Assembly (NCBI GenBank): GCA_964556655.1
Contig: CAZKWY010000003.1
Span: 1 to 52,705 of the forward strand
Reading direction: 5' to 3'
From: an uncultured Candidatus Saccharibacteria bacterium
GTDB taxonomy: Bacteria > Patescibacteriota > Minisyncoccia > Portnoybacterales > UBA2143
Length of the DNA stretch: 52,705 nucleotides
Within the stretch, counting starts at the first letter, position 1; each line of letters opens with the position of its first letter. The notes beneath the pieces were generated by a model. That model searched no databases. It was not told the DNA's origin and worked only from the letters and a program-made list of their open reading frames with translations. This document shows, piece after piece, positions 17,505 through 25,642 of the stretch. Both the position numbers and the translations under genes were made by a program.

Positions 17505-17723
17505 GTGGATAGATTGAACCCAGTAGATTGGATTGCTTTGATATTGGCAACTATTGGAGGATTAAATTGAGGGCTAGTTGGAGTTTTTGATTTTGATCTA
17601 GTGGCCTTGATTCTCGGAGAAATGAGCTTTTTATCGCGAGCGGTTTACACATTAGCGGGAGTTGCGTCTTTGTATTTCTTATTTGTTGTCAAAAACTTTT
17701 CCCGCAAGCAGACCGCTCGATAA
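17505..17723 (+). pseudogene. DUF378 family membrane protein with in-frame TGA
   Basis: GTG start; ...IGGLN*GLVGVFDFDLVALILGE....SRAVY.LAG.AS; TGA at 17568-17570 replaces the conserved Trp of GGLNWGL. Confidence 0.8.
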
Positions 17724-17773
17724 CGCTTAACGAATAGATCTATCATAGCAAACGAAAAAAAACACCAAAAAAA

Positions 17774-17800
17774 AACGCCGCATTAAAGCGGCGTTGTTTT
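17774..17800. terminator. Bidirectional intrinsic terminator
   Basis: AACGCCGC...GCGGCGTT flanked by A and T runs, between convergent genes. Confidence 0.75.
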
Positions 17801-17810
17801 TTAATATTTC

Positions 17811-18056
17811 TTAATATTCCTCGTCAATATATAATTCAGCGCCCTGAAGAGCAAAATCGTCCGCTTCTCTTTTGTTGTCAAAAACTTTTTGCCACACCAA
17901 AGGAGCAATTTCTTTGCTGGGCTGGCCCTTTGTCGGATAAATGCTGGCCCTGGGAACCCAGCGCCCCTTTTCGTCTTGGCAAGAATCTGGTTCAATATAG
18001 TATCCTTGATAAATATTATCGTCAGAATCGTATTTCAATATTTTTCCTTCGGTCAT
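17811..18056 (-). CDS. Small hypothetical protein
   Basis: ATG at 18056 is 7 nt after a TAAAAT -10-like element; globular-looking 81 aa. Confidence 0.55.
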   Translation of the reverse strand: MTEGKILKYDSDDNIYQGYYIEPDSCQDEKGRWVPRASIYPTKGQPSKEIAPLVWQKVFDNKREADDFALQGAELYIDEEY

Positions 18057-18134
18057 TATTGCTATTTTACAACAACCGCTAAAAAGAAACAATGAAAAAA
18101 GCTCGAACGAATCAACGTCCAAGCCTTTAGATAT

Positions 18135-18330
18135 TTAAACAAAAGAATGGTTGCTAATAATAACCAACCCCTTAGAAGAGTCTGGCTTTTCCTTTCCGTT
18201 TCTGTAATGGATTCTAATCTTTTTTGCCAAAATTAAAAACCAAACAATGATAAAACCTCCCAATCCAAATAAGCAATTATTCCATTAGAGAAAAAATTGG
18301 AAGAATCTCTTGACAATGAATGCATGCTTT
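18135..18330 (-). pseudogene. Possible lysophospholipid acyltransferase N-terminal remnant
   Basis: Hand translation ...GFIIVWFLILAKKIRIHYRNGKEKPDSSKGLVIISNHSFV* stops inside an NHxSxxD-like motif; one upstream in-frame TAA. Confidence 0.35.
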
Positions 18331-18400
18331 TTTAATGTGTTTTTAAAGAATTATAAATAAATTTAACAAAAACCAATATCTTTGCCAGCAGACAAAATTG

Positions 18401-18970
18401 CTATAAAAGCAAGGGCGTAATAAAGGCCTCAATGAAGGCCGCTAATAATAAAAGAGGGATTAAAAATTTGCCAAAAAAAATAAAACCGGATAAAATTTCT
18501 TTTTTTACCTCGCCTTCTTTTTTAATTAGTCGGCTCAAAAAAATAAAACCTATCTTTAAGCCGATAGCAGCGCCGATCACTAATACAGGTATTTCTATCA
18601 ATCCATGAGGAAGTACGCCCACAAAAAAAGAATCAAGAGAGAGCCTTTCCTGCCAGATAACAGCAAAAACTCCCAAAAGCATTCCATTAGAGAATAATGA
18701 CAACAGAGGCACAAGACCGAAAAAGAAACCTAAAATAATGGACAAAAGCAAAGAGAAGCTATTGTTAACGAAAATAATGACTGCCAGAGAAAAAGAGCTA
18801 ACATCAAAAACAGGAGAAAACATTTCGCTAAACCTACTAATTATTTCTCTAGCTTTTTCAGGATAGTTCTTGGCAAAAAAATATCCTTCTAAGACAGAAA
18901 TGATAAAAAAAGAAAAAGCGAAAATAATAAATGGCTTGAGAGATCGCAAATATTTTTTATAGTCCATCAT
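18401..18970 (-). CDS. Stage II sporulation protein M (SpoIIM/DUF95) family membrane protein
   Basis: IFVNN, NG..LG, LPHG.IEIP, AA.IEAFITP. Confidence 0.9.
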   Translation of the reverse strand: MMDYKKYLRSLKPFIIFAFSFFIISVLEGYFFAKNYPEKAREIISRFSEMFSPVFDVSSFSLAVIIFVNNSFSLLLSIILGFFFGLVPLLSLFSNGMLLGVFAVIWQERLSLDSFFVGVLPHGLIEIPVLVIGAAIGLKIGFIFLSRLIKKEGEVKKEILSGFIFFGKFLIPLLLLAAFIEAFITPLLL

Positions 18971-19010
18971 TCAAATCATAGCATATTTTTTATTATTGCC
19001 CTAAAAAATA

Positions 19011-19059
19011 AAAAAACCGCCAAGGTTTTTTTAAAGGAGGATTGTTTTTCTTGGCGGTT
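19011..19059 (-). terminator. Terminator-like hairpin
   Basis: AACCGCCAAG/CTTGGCGGTT arms with a T run on the minus strand; large loop. Confidence 0.5.
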
Positions 19060-19104
19060 GCTAAGGTTGAAAGAACTAATCTAGAGAATACTCATCTATA
19101 TTTT

Positions 19105-19133
19105 AAAATAGCAAACTCTAAATTTATTGTCAA
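19105..19133 (-). promoter_or_regulatory. Sigma70-type promoter
   Basis: TTGACA-17 nt-TATTTT with extended TG. Confidence 0.5.
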
Positions 19134-19226
19134 GTATCAAGGTTTTAGACAAGAGCGATTACTACCGAAATACCCCTAATTTCCCCCTTCTAAGGATAGC
19201 CGCCTCATCGCTCTTGTCATATTAAG

Positions 19227-19255
19227 ATACTAACTAAAGAAAAAACTTTTGTCAA
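19227..19255 (-). promoter_or_regulatory. Sigma70-type promoter
   Basis: TTGACA-17 nt-TAGTAT. Confidence 0.55.
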
Positions 19256-19275
19256 TAAAAAATGACAAAAAAATG

Positions 19276-19303
19276 GCCTTTCAAGAATTGCCTTTCAAGA
19301 ATT
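19276..19303. repeat. 14-bp tandem direct repeat
   Basis: GCCTTTCAAGAATT x2. Confidence 0.85.
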
Positions 19304-19369
19304 ATTCTAATAGAAACAGCCCTTATTGACCTAGAAAAGTGTTTTGTGGTAAGCTTGAAAAGATAATCT

Positions 19370-19720
19370 ATGAGATTTGTTTTCCAAATTATAACTAATG
19401 CCCTAGCCATTTTTTTGGCCGATTATCTTGTCCCCGGCTTTATTTTTGAAGGAGATGTTTTGACATTAGTTATTGCTGGATTATTACTAGGGCTAATTAA
19501 CACTTTTGTTAGGCCGATTCTAAGGATTCTTTCCGCCCCGTTGATAGCGCTAACTCTTGGTCTTTTCCTTATCGTTATCAATATTGTTCTTCTCTGGTTG
19601 CTAGAGTATTTGGTGCCGGAATTGACCATTAGCGGCTTCTGGTCTTATTTCTGGGGCGTTCTTATCCTAAGTTTAGTTAACATAGCTTTCGGCTCCGGCA
19701 AAAAAAAGAGAAAGGATTAA
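19370..19720 (+). CDS. 4-TM phage-holin-like membrane protein (YvlD/DUF360)
   Basis: LLGLIN.FVRPIL..L..PL..LTLGLF..VIN. Confidence 0.9.
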   Translation: MRFVFQIITNALAIFLADYLVPGFIFEGDVLTLVIAGLLLGLINTFVRPILRILSAPLIALTLGLFLIVINIVLLWLLEYLVPELTISGFWSYFWGVLILSLVNIAFGSGKKKRKD

Positions 19721-19942
19721 ATGACAAATTTTTTATCAATTTTTCAAATTATTGTTTCTATCGCTCTGATTGCCTCTATCCTTCTTCAGCAAAGAAGCGC
19801 CGGCGGATCAGGTATTTTTGGCAGTAGCGGCGGAGGCGCCAGCTACTATACTAAAAGAGGGTTTGATAAAATTCTCTTTATTGCCACTATTGTTTTATCT
19901 GGACTATTTATCTCTACCAGCTTTTTAAATCTGATTATCTAG
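19721..19942 (+). CDS. secG: Preprotein translocase subunit SecG
   Basis: Two TMs with ILLQ...G.G.FG and a KRG.DK loop. Confidence 0.92.
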   Translation: MTNFLSIFQIIVSIALIASILLQQRSAGGSGIFGSSGGGASYYTKRGFDKILFIATIVLSGLFISTSFLNLII

Positions 19943-20144
19943 CAGACAAAAAATAAGCAGAATTGCCGCTTTCTAAAGAAAGCGTAGGCTTGTTCTGTTT
20001 AACCAGCAAGCCCTGCTTGACAAGAATATTTCTACTCAACCAACCAGTAAAATAGCTAAATATCTCGGAAGATTAAAATCTCTCTTTGCCAAAGGCCAGT
20101 GGCCGAAAAAAGGCCGTTTAGCCTATCTTCCTAAAGTTCTTTCC

Positions 20145-21857
20145 ATGCGCGAAAAATGGATTATTCGCGGACTTTTTTTGATTATAACTGCTTCTGTGGC
20201 AGGACTAGTTTTCCTTTTTATTGGCTCCCATACCCAATTAGAACCGCGCGTAGGCGGACAATATCGGGAAGGCCTTTTGGGCCAACCGCGCTATATTAAC
20301 CCTGTTATTGCCCAAACCAACGATACAGACAGAGACTTGGTCCGGCTTGTTTATTCCAGCCTTTTCGAATATGACGGCCAAGGCAATCTCGTTCCTGATC
20401 TAATCCAAGATTACACTATCAGCGAAGACGGCCTAGTCTATACTATCGAAATAAGGAAAAACGTCCTGTGGCATGATAATGAACCTCTTACCATTGACGA
20501 TATCATTTTCACCATTAAAACAATCCAGGACCCTGAGTACAAAAGCCCTTTACGTGTAAACTGGCAAGGAGTAGAGACAGAGAGAATAGATGATTACACT
20601 ATGTCTTTGGTCTTAAAAAACGTTTATGCCCCCTTCCTGCACAATCTTGCCGTCTATATTTTACCTAAGCATTTATGGGCCGGCATCTCGGCAGCTAATT
20701 TTCCTCTAGCGGAATATAATTTGAAGCCTGTTGGTTCTGGGCCCTATAAGTTCTCTAAACTCAATAATGATAAGGAAGGAAAGATTGAATCAATAGAGCT
20801 TGTCCGCAGCCAAAATTTCTATCTAGAAAATCCTTATCCCTTAAAAACAGACGAGAAAATTTATCCTCCTTTTATCGAAAAAATAGTTTTGAAATTTTAT
20901 TCTAGCCAGCCTTCTTTGGTTCAAGCCTATCAAAATAGGAAAATAGACGGCCTTAATTTAATTTCCGGCCTTAATAGAGAAGATTTAAGAAATCATCTTA
21001 ATTTTCACGAAGTCAACCTTCCTGCCTACTACGCTGTTTTCTTCAACCAGACAAAAAGCAAGGCTTTAGCAGATGAAACCGTACGCCTGGCCCTTAATTA
21101 TGCTACTAACAAACAAGAAATCATCGATCAGGTGTTAAACGGCAAAGGAGAAAAAGTGGATGCTCCCCTTCTTCCAGGCTGGCTAGGATACAACGAAGAA
21201 ATAAAAGTCTATGATTTTGCTCTTGAACATGCCAATAATATCCTTGAAGCCGAAGGATGGATTGATGACGACCAAGACGGCATCCGCGAAAAAACAGAAG
21301 AAAACGAAGATGACGAAGAAGATAACGAGGAAAAAATCCTCCTTGAAATCAATCTTCTTACTACCAACTGGCCGGAACTCAAAAAAACCGCCGAAATATT
21401 AAAAGAGCAATGGGAGAAAATAGGAGCGCGAGTGAACTTAACGATCGTCGAACCAAATAGCATCCAGCAAGACTTCCTTAGGCCTCGTCAATACGAAGCC
21501 CTTCTCTTCGGAGAGGTCTTAAGCGCTGATCCAGACCCCTTTGCTTTTTGGCACTCCTCACAAAAAAAAGACCCCGGCCTTAATCTTTCTCTTTACCAGA
21601 ATGAAAAAATAGACAAGCTGCTTGAAGAGGCCAGACAAACTCTTGACCAAACTCAAAGAGCAGCCAAATACGCAGAATTCCAAAAGCTTCTCATTGAAGA
21701 CGCACCGGCCGTCTTCCTTTACACGCCGCTCTATTTTTATCCCGTCAGCAAAAACGTTAAAGAAATCTCTATAGAAAAACTTCCTCAGCCCTCCTATCGT
21801 TTTTCCCAAATAGAAAACTGGTATCTAGAAACTGCCCGTATCTGGAAAAAAAATTAA
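20145..21857 (+). CDS. ABC transporter family 5 (peptide/nickel) substrate-binding protein, membrane-anchored
   Basis: NP, LVYS.L..YD, WHD..PLT.DD..FT, PVGSGPY, VR.AL; the frame is open upstream to 19977, so the true start may be earlier. Confidence 0.88.
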   Translation: MREKWIIRGLFLIITASVAGLVFLFIGSHTQLEPRVGGQYREGLLGQPRYINPVIAQTNDTDRDLVRLVYSSLFEYDGQGNLVPDLIQDYTISEDGLVYTIEIRKNVLWHDNEPLTIDDIIFTIKTIQDPEYKSPLRVNWQGVETERIDDYTMSLVLKNVYAPFLHNLAVYILPKHLWAGISAANFPLAEYNLKPVGSGPYKFSKLNNDKEGKIESIELVRSQNFYLENPYPLKTDEKIYPPFIEKIVLKFYSSQPSLVQAYQNRKIDGLNLISGLNREDLRNHLNFHEVNLPAYYAVFFNQTKSKALADETVRLALNYATNKQEIIDQVLNGKGEKVDAPLLPGWLGYNEEIKVYDFALEHANNILEAEGWIDDDQDGIREKTEENEDDEEDNEEKILLEINLLTTNWPELKKTAEILKEQWEKIGARVNLTIVEPNSIQQDFLRPRQYEALLFGEVLSADPDPFAFWHSSQKKDPGLNLSLYQNEKIDKLLEEARQTLDQTQRAAKYAEFQKLLIEDAPAVFLYTPLYFYPVSKNVKEISIEKLPQPSYRFSQIENWYLETARIWKKN

Positions 21858-21869
21858 AAACAAAAAAAT

Positions 21870-22856
21870 ATGAAACAAAGCATCATTAATTTTCCCAATC
21901 AATTCATTCAGCTTTTGGGGCAAAAAGCCCCTCCCCTAAAAAAAGGATGCTTTGACAAAGTAATCATTTCTGGTATGGGCGGCAGCGCTTGGCCGGCAGA
22001 GATTGTTACTGCGTGGCTTAATCCTCCTTTTCCAATGATAGTCAATAGAAGCTACCATCTTCCCAGCCAGAGTGATAAAAATTCTTTGATGATTTTTATT
22101 TCTTATTCCGGCAACACAGAAGAATGTTTAAGCTCTTATCGGGAAGCTGTTAAAAAAGGGCTTTCTTCTATAGCCATCACTTCTGGCGGCCGCCTAAAAG
22201 AAGAATGCTTCAATAACCAAACTCCCCTAATAGAAATCCCTAACGGCTTGGTTCCGAGAATGGCTACCGGTTATATCTTTACATCCCTTTACAACATTTT
22301 AAAAGAAAGCGGCCTGACAAAAAACAGAAATCAAGAAATTGAAACGATGGCTGACCAACTCAAAGACATTATCCCCGCCCAAGAAAAAACCGGTGAAGGG
22401 CTGGCTGAAAAAATGTTTCAAAAAGTGATTTTGATCTATGCTTCGAAAAAAATGAAAGTTCTAAGCTATATCTGGAAAATCAAAATTAATGAAAATGCTA
22501 AAATACCTGCTTTTAGTAATTTTTTTCCAGAGATTAACCATAATGAAATGGAAGGAATGAGCCACAGAGAAGAATATCCTTGCGCTAAAGCTAAAGAAAG
22601 TTTGTTTTTTGCCCTGACCATAAAAGACGAAGAAGATGAGCCACAAATAAAGAAAAGGATGGAACTGACCGAAAAAATCCTCAAAAATAAAGGGCTCTCC
22701 GCGGAAACAATCGATTTAACAGGCCGTAACAGGCTGACAAAAATATTCTCTAACGTTGTTTTGGCAGACTGGGCCTCTTATTATCTGGCTCTTAAATACG
22801 GGGAAGACCCTCTTAAAACAGAAGCTATCGAAAGCTTCAAAGAAAAAATGAAATAA
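21870..22856 (+). CDS. Bifunctional phosphoglucose/phosphomannose isomerase
   Basis: GMGGS, SYSGNTEE, TSGG.L, PR, NENAK, PE.NHNE. Confidence 0.9.
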   Translation: MKQSIINFPNQFIQLLGQKAPPLKKGCFDKVIISGMGGSAWPAEIVTAWLNPPFPMIVNRSYHLPSQSDKNSLMIFISYSGNTEECLSSYREAVKKGLSSIAITSGGRLKEECFNNQTPLIEIPNGLVPRMATGYIFTSLYNILKESGLTKNRNQEIETMADQLKDIIPAQEKTGEGLAEKMFQKVILIYASKKMKVLSYIWKIKINENAKIPAFSNFFPEINHNEMEGMSHREEYPCAKAKESLFFALTIKDEEDEPQIKKRMELTEKILKNKGLSAETIDLTGRNRLTKIFSNVVLADWASYYLALKYGEDPLKTEAIESFKEKMK

Positions 22857-22861
22857 TAGGC

Positions 22862-22945
22862 GGGCAAGTGGCGGAACTGGCAGACGCGCTAGCTTCAGGA
22901 GCTAGTGTCCCTTCGGACTTGCGGGTTCGAATCCCGCCTTGCCCA
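22862..22945 (+). tRNA. tRNA-Leu(CAG)
   Basis: GGGCAAG/CTTGCCC acceptor, CTAGC-TTCAGGA-GCTAG anticodon arm, long variable arm, GTTCGAATC; CCA not encoded. Confidence 0.95.
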
Positions 22946-22959
22946 CTCTTTACTAAAAT

Positions 22960-24642
22960 ATGACTAAAAAAACAGAGAAGAAAAATTTACGCATCATTCC
23001 TTTGGGCGGTTTAGAAGAAATAGGCCGCAATATGACAGCTTTTGAATATGGCGACGATATCATTATTGTAGATATGGGCCTTCAATTCCCTGATGACAAT
23101 ATGCCCGGCATCGACTATATCATTCCCAACACAGCGTATCTTAAAGACAAAAAAGATAAAATCTTAGGAGTTATTATTACTCATGGCCATTACGATCATA
23201 TTGGAGCTATTCCTCATTCTATCGGCCGCCTCGGCAATCCCACCATTTACACCACTCCTCTTACTAAAGGAATCATTCTTAAGCGACAGGAAGACTTTCC
23301 CAATGCTTCTAAATTAGACATCCACGAAATTAAAAAAACCGACAAGATTACATTAGGCTGTTTTGAAATTGAATTTTTCCATGTCAATCACAACATTCCT
23401 GATGGCGTGGGACTGGCAATCAATACTCCTATTGGCCGCGTTGTCCACACAGGGGACTTTAAGTTTGACCATACTCCTATTGGAGACAAGCCAGCTGACA
23501 TTTCCCATCTTAATGAAATTGCCAAAAAAGGCGTTTTATGCCTAATGTCGGATAGCACTAACGCAGAAAAACCCGGCACTTCTATTTCAGAAAAAGACAT
23601 TCAAGACAATTTAGAGATTATCTTTAAAGAGTCAAAAGGAAGAATTATTATTAGCACTTTTGCCTCCCTTTTAAGCCGCATTCAAGAAGTAATTAATTTG
23701 GCAGAAAAATACGACCGTTATATTGCCGTAGATGGATACAGCATGAAGAACAATGTGCAAATAGCCCATCATTTGAAATATCTTCAATCAAAAAAGGGCG
23801 CTTTCATCAAAACAAGCCAAGTTAACGAATATCCAGACAATAAAGTAGTGCTCGTGTGTACCGGCGCGCAGGGAGAGGACAACGCTGTTTTAATGAGAAT
23901 CGCCAATAAAGAGCATAAGCATGTCCATATAGGAAAAGGCGACGCGGTAGTCCTTTCTTCCTCTGTCGTCCCAGGCAACGAAAAAGCCGTCCAGACGCTA
24001 AAAGATAATTTCTGGAAACAAGGAGCAAGAGTTTATCATTACCAAATGATGGATATCCACGCCGGCGGGCATGCCCAAGCAGACGATCTCAAAGCAATGA
24101 TTAATCTTATTAAACCCAAGTTCTTTATGCCTATTCACGGAAACTACTATATGCTGAAACTACACGGCGAGATAGCAGAAAGCGTTGGCATACCAAAGAA
24201 AAACATCATCATTGCCAGCAACGGCAATATTGTCTTGCTGAACAAAACATCTGCTCGTATTAGCAAAGAAGTTGTGCCAGCCAATTATGTAATGGTAGAC
24301 GGATTAGGCGTAGGAGATGTCGGCCAAGTAGTATTAAGAGATCGTCAAGCGATGGCTCAGGACGGCATGTTTGTGGTGATCGCTGTCATTGACAGCCATA
24401 CCGGCAAGATTAAAGGAGAACCAGACATCATTTCGCGAGGATTTGTCTATTTAAGAGAGTCAAAAGATCTTTTAACACAGACTCGCCAAAAGGTGAAAGA
24501 AATTATTCAGCATTCAGCCGCTCCTCATGGAACTACCAACTGGAGCTATATCAAAGATAGCATCAGAGAAAAAATTGGAGAGCTTCTTTACCAAAAAACG
24601 CAAAGAAGGCCGATGGTGCTTCCTGTCGTGATTAAAATATAA
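22960..24642 (+). CDS. rnj: Ribonuclease J
   Basis: PLGGL.EIG.N, THGHYDHIG, HTGDFK, SDSTN, H.GGHA, PIHG. Confidence 0.96.
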   Translation: MTKKTEKKNLRIIPLGGLEEIGRNMTAFEYGDDIIIVDMGLQFPDDNMPGIDYIIPNTAYLKDKKDKILGVIITHGHYDHIGAIPHSIGRLGNPTIYTTPLTKGIILKRQEDFPNASKLDIHEIKKTDKITLGCFEIEFFHVNHNIPDGVGLAINTPIGRVVHTGDFKFDHTPIGDKPADISHLNEIAKKGVLCLMSDSTNAEKPGTSISEKDIQDNLEIIFKESKGRIIISTFASLLSRIQEVINLAEKYDRYIAVDGYSMKNNVQIAHHLKYLQSKKGAFIKTSQVNEYPDNKVVLVCTGAQGEDNAVLMRIANKEHKHVHIGKGDAVVLSSSVVPGNEKAVQTLKDNFWKQGARVYHYQMMDIHAGGHAQADDLKAMINLIKPKFFMPIHGNYYMLKLHGEIAESVGIPKKNIIIASNGNIVLLNKTSARISKEVVPANYVMVDGLGVGDVGQVVLRDRQAMAQDGMFVVIAVIDSHTGKIKGEPDIISRGFVYLRESKDLLTQTRQKVKEIIQHSAAPHGTTNWSYIKDSIREKIGELLYQKTQRRPMVLPVVIKI

Positions 24643-24646
24643 TGGC

Positions 24647-24675
24647 TTGACTTAGATTGAATAAAAAGGCACAAT
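24647..24675 (+). promoter_or_regulatory. Sigma70-type promoter
   Basis: TTGACT-17 nt-CACAAT. Confidence 0.5.
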
Positions 24676-24783
24676 AGAACAACATAGCTTTTTTAAAACA
24701 AATATAGGACAAGCGCTAAAAGCGCTTAGAAAAATTATGGAGGGAGAAAAAGGTCGACTAAAAGATTACTGAAAGGAAATTTT

Positions 24784-25545
24784 ATGTTAAATCAAGAAAA
24801 GATTTTTCCAGATAATCGCCAATCCGACCAAGCCGCTTCTTTGGCCGCCGCATGGCAAGACCAAGATCCTATCTTCCCCCCTCAACAGAACCAACCCTCT
24901 TCGGAAGGCGGACCTCAATTCGGCCAAAGCGATTCAGGAGGCTCTAATAAGGGAGGATTTAGAGGCTGGATCAATAAATACGGCAGCTCTGTCATCCTTC
25001 CCATGGTCGCCCTGATCATTTTGGGGGGAGGAATTTATCTTTATGCCAGCCAAAAAGGAGAAGAAGCCAATATTCTCCTAGAAGATGACGAAACCAATCA
25101 AGAAAATATTGTCGTAGAAAACGGAACCGTTGATTTAGGAGAAGGAGAAGAAGATGAAGATGTGACAAAAGAAGTCTCTCCTGCCCCAGAACAATCCCAG
25201 CCCGAACCAGAACTAGAGCCTGAAGAAGAGATAATCCCAGAGGGCAGAAAAGAAGGCACACAGATTATAGAAACAGCGGCCCCCGGGGAAGGAATGACTC
25301 ACTTGGCTCGTCGAGCTCTTAAAGATTACCTTGAAGATAGCCCCCAAGAAGAACTTGCCAAAGAGCACAAAATCTATATCGAGGATTATCTCAAAGATAA
25401 AAAAGGCGCACACGGATTAGAGATTGGCGAAGAAATTAGCTTTTCAAAGGATTTAATCCAAGAAGCGATTAACGCTTCCGAAGAGCTGACAGAACATCAG
25501 TTAGAAATTATTAAACAGAAATACAGTGCTACTGTTGTTCTGTAA
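24784..25545 (+). CDS. Hypothetical single-pass membrane protein with acidic linker
   Basis: One TM, low-complexity E/P region, C-terminal globular part (GEG.THLARRAL..Y). Confidence 0.75.
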   Translation: MLNQEKIFPDNRQSDQAASLAAAWQDQDPIFPPQQNQPSSEGGPQFGQSDSGGSNKGGFRGWINKYGSSVILPMVALIILGGGIYLYASQKGEEANILLEDDETNQENIVVENGTVDLGEGEEDEDVTKEVSPAPEQSQPEPELEPEEEIIPEGRKEGTQIIETAAPGEGMTHLARRALKDYLEDSPQEELAKEHKIYIEDYLKDKKGAHGLEIGEEISFSKDLIQEAINASEELTEHQLEIIKQKYSATVVL

Positions 25546-25592
25546 AATGAATTATTTTGTATTTATTAGTTCTTTCTTTGTAAAAAACACCT

Positions 25593-25631
25593 AAACAAAA
25601 ACTCCCGGAGATAATCCGGGAGTTTTTGTTT
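25593..25631. terminator. Bidirectional intrinsic terminator
   Basis: AAACAAAAACTCCCGGA / TCCGGGAGTTTTTGTTT between convergent genes. Confidence 0.85.
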
Positions 25632-25642
25632 TTTAGAAAAAA

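Noticed and set aside
16328-17570. Alternative genetic code suggested by TGA at a conserved Gly (IS30) and a conserved Trp (DUF378)
   Set aside because: The two imply different amino acids, each is one substitution from the sense codon, and TGA ends several intact genes while long genes have no internal TGA
18401-18970. Sporulation inferred from SpoIIM and Gmad2 names
   Set aside because: Both families are widespread in non-sporulating organisms and no sporulation genes are present
19370-19720. Holin-like gene plus lytic transglycosylase as a prophage
   Set aside because: No phage structural, terminase or integrase genes; both sit in housekeeping context
24747-24756. AAAAAGGTCG leader motif
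   Set aside because: Only one clear instance here, so it cannot be supported from this window
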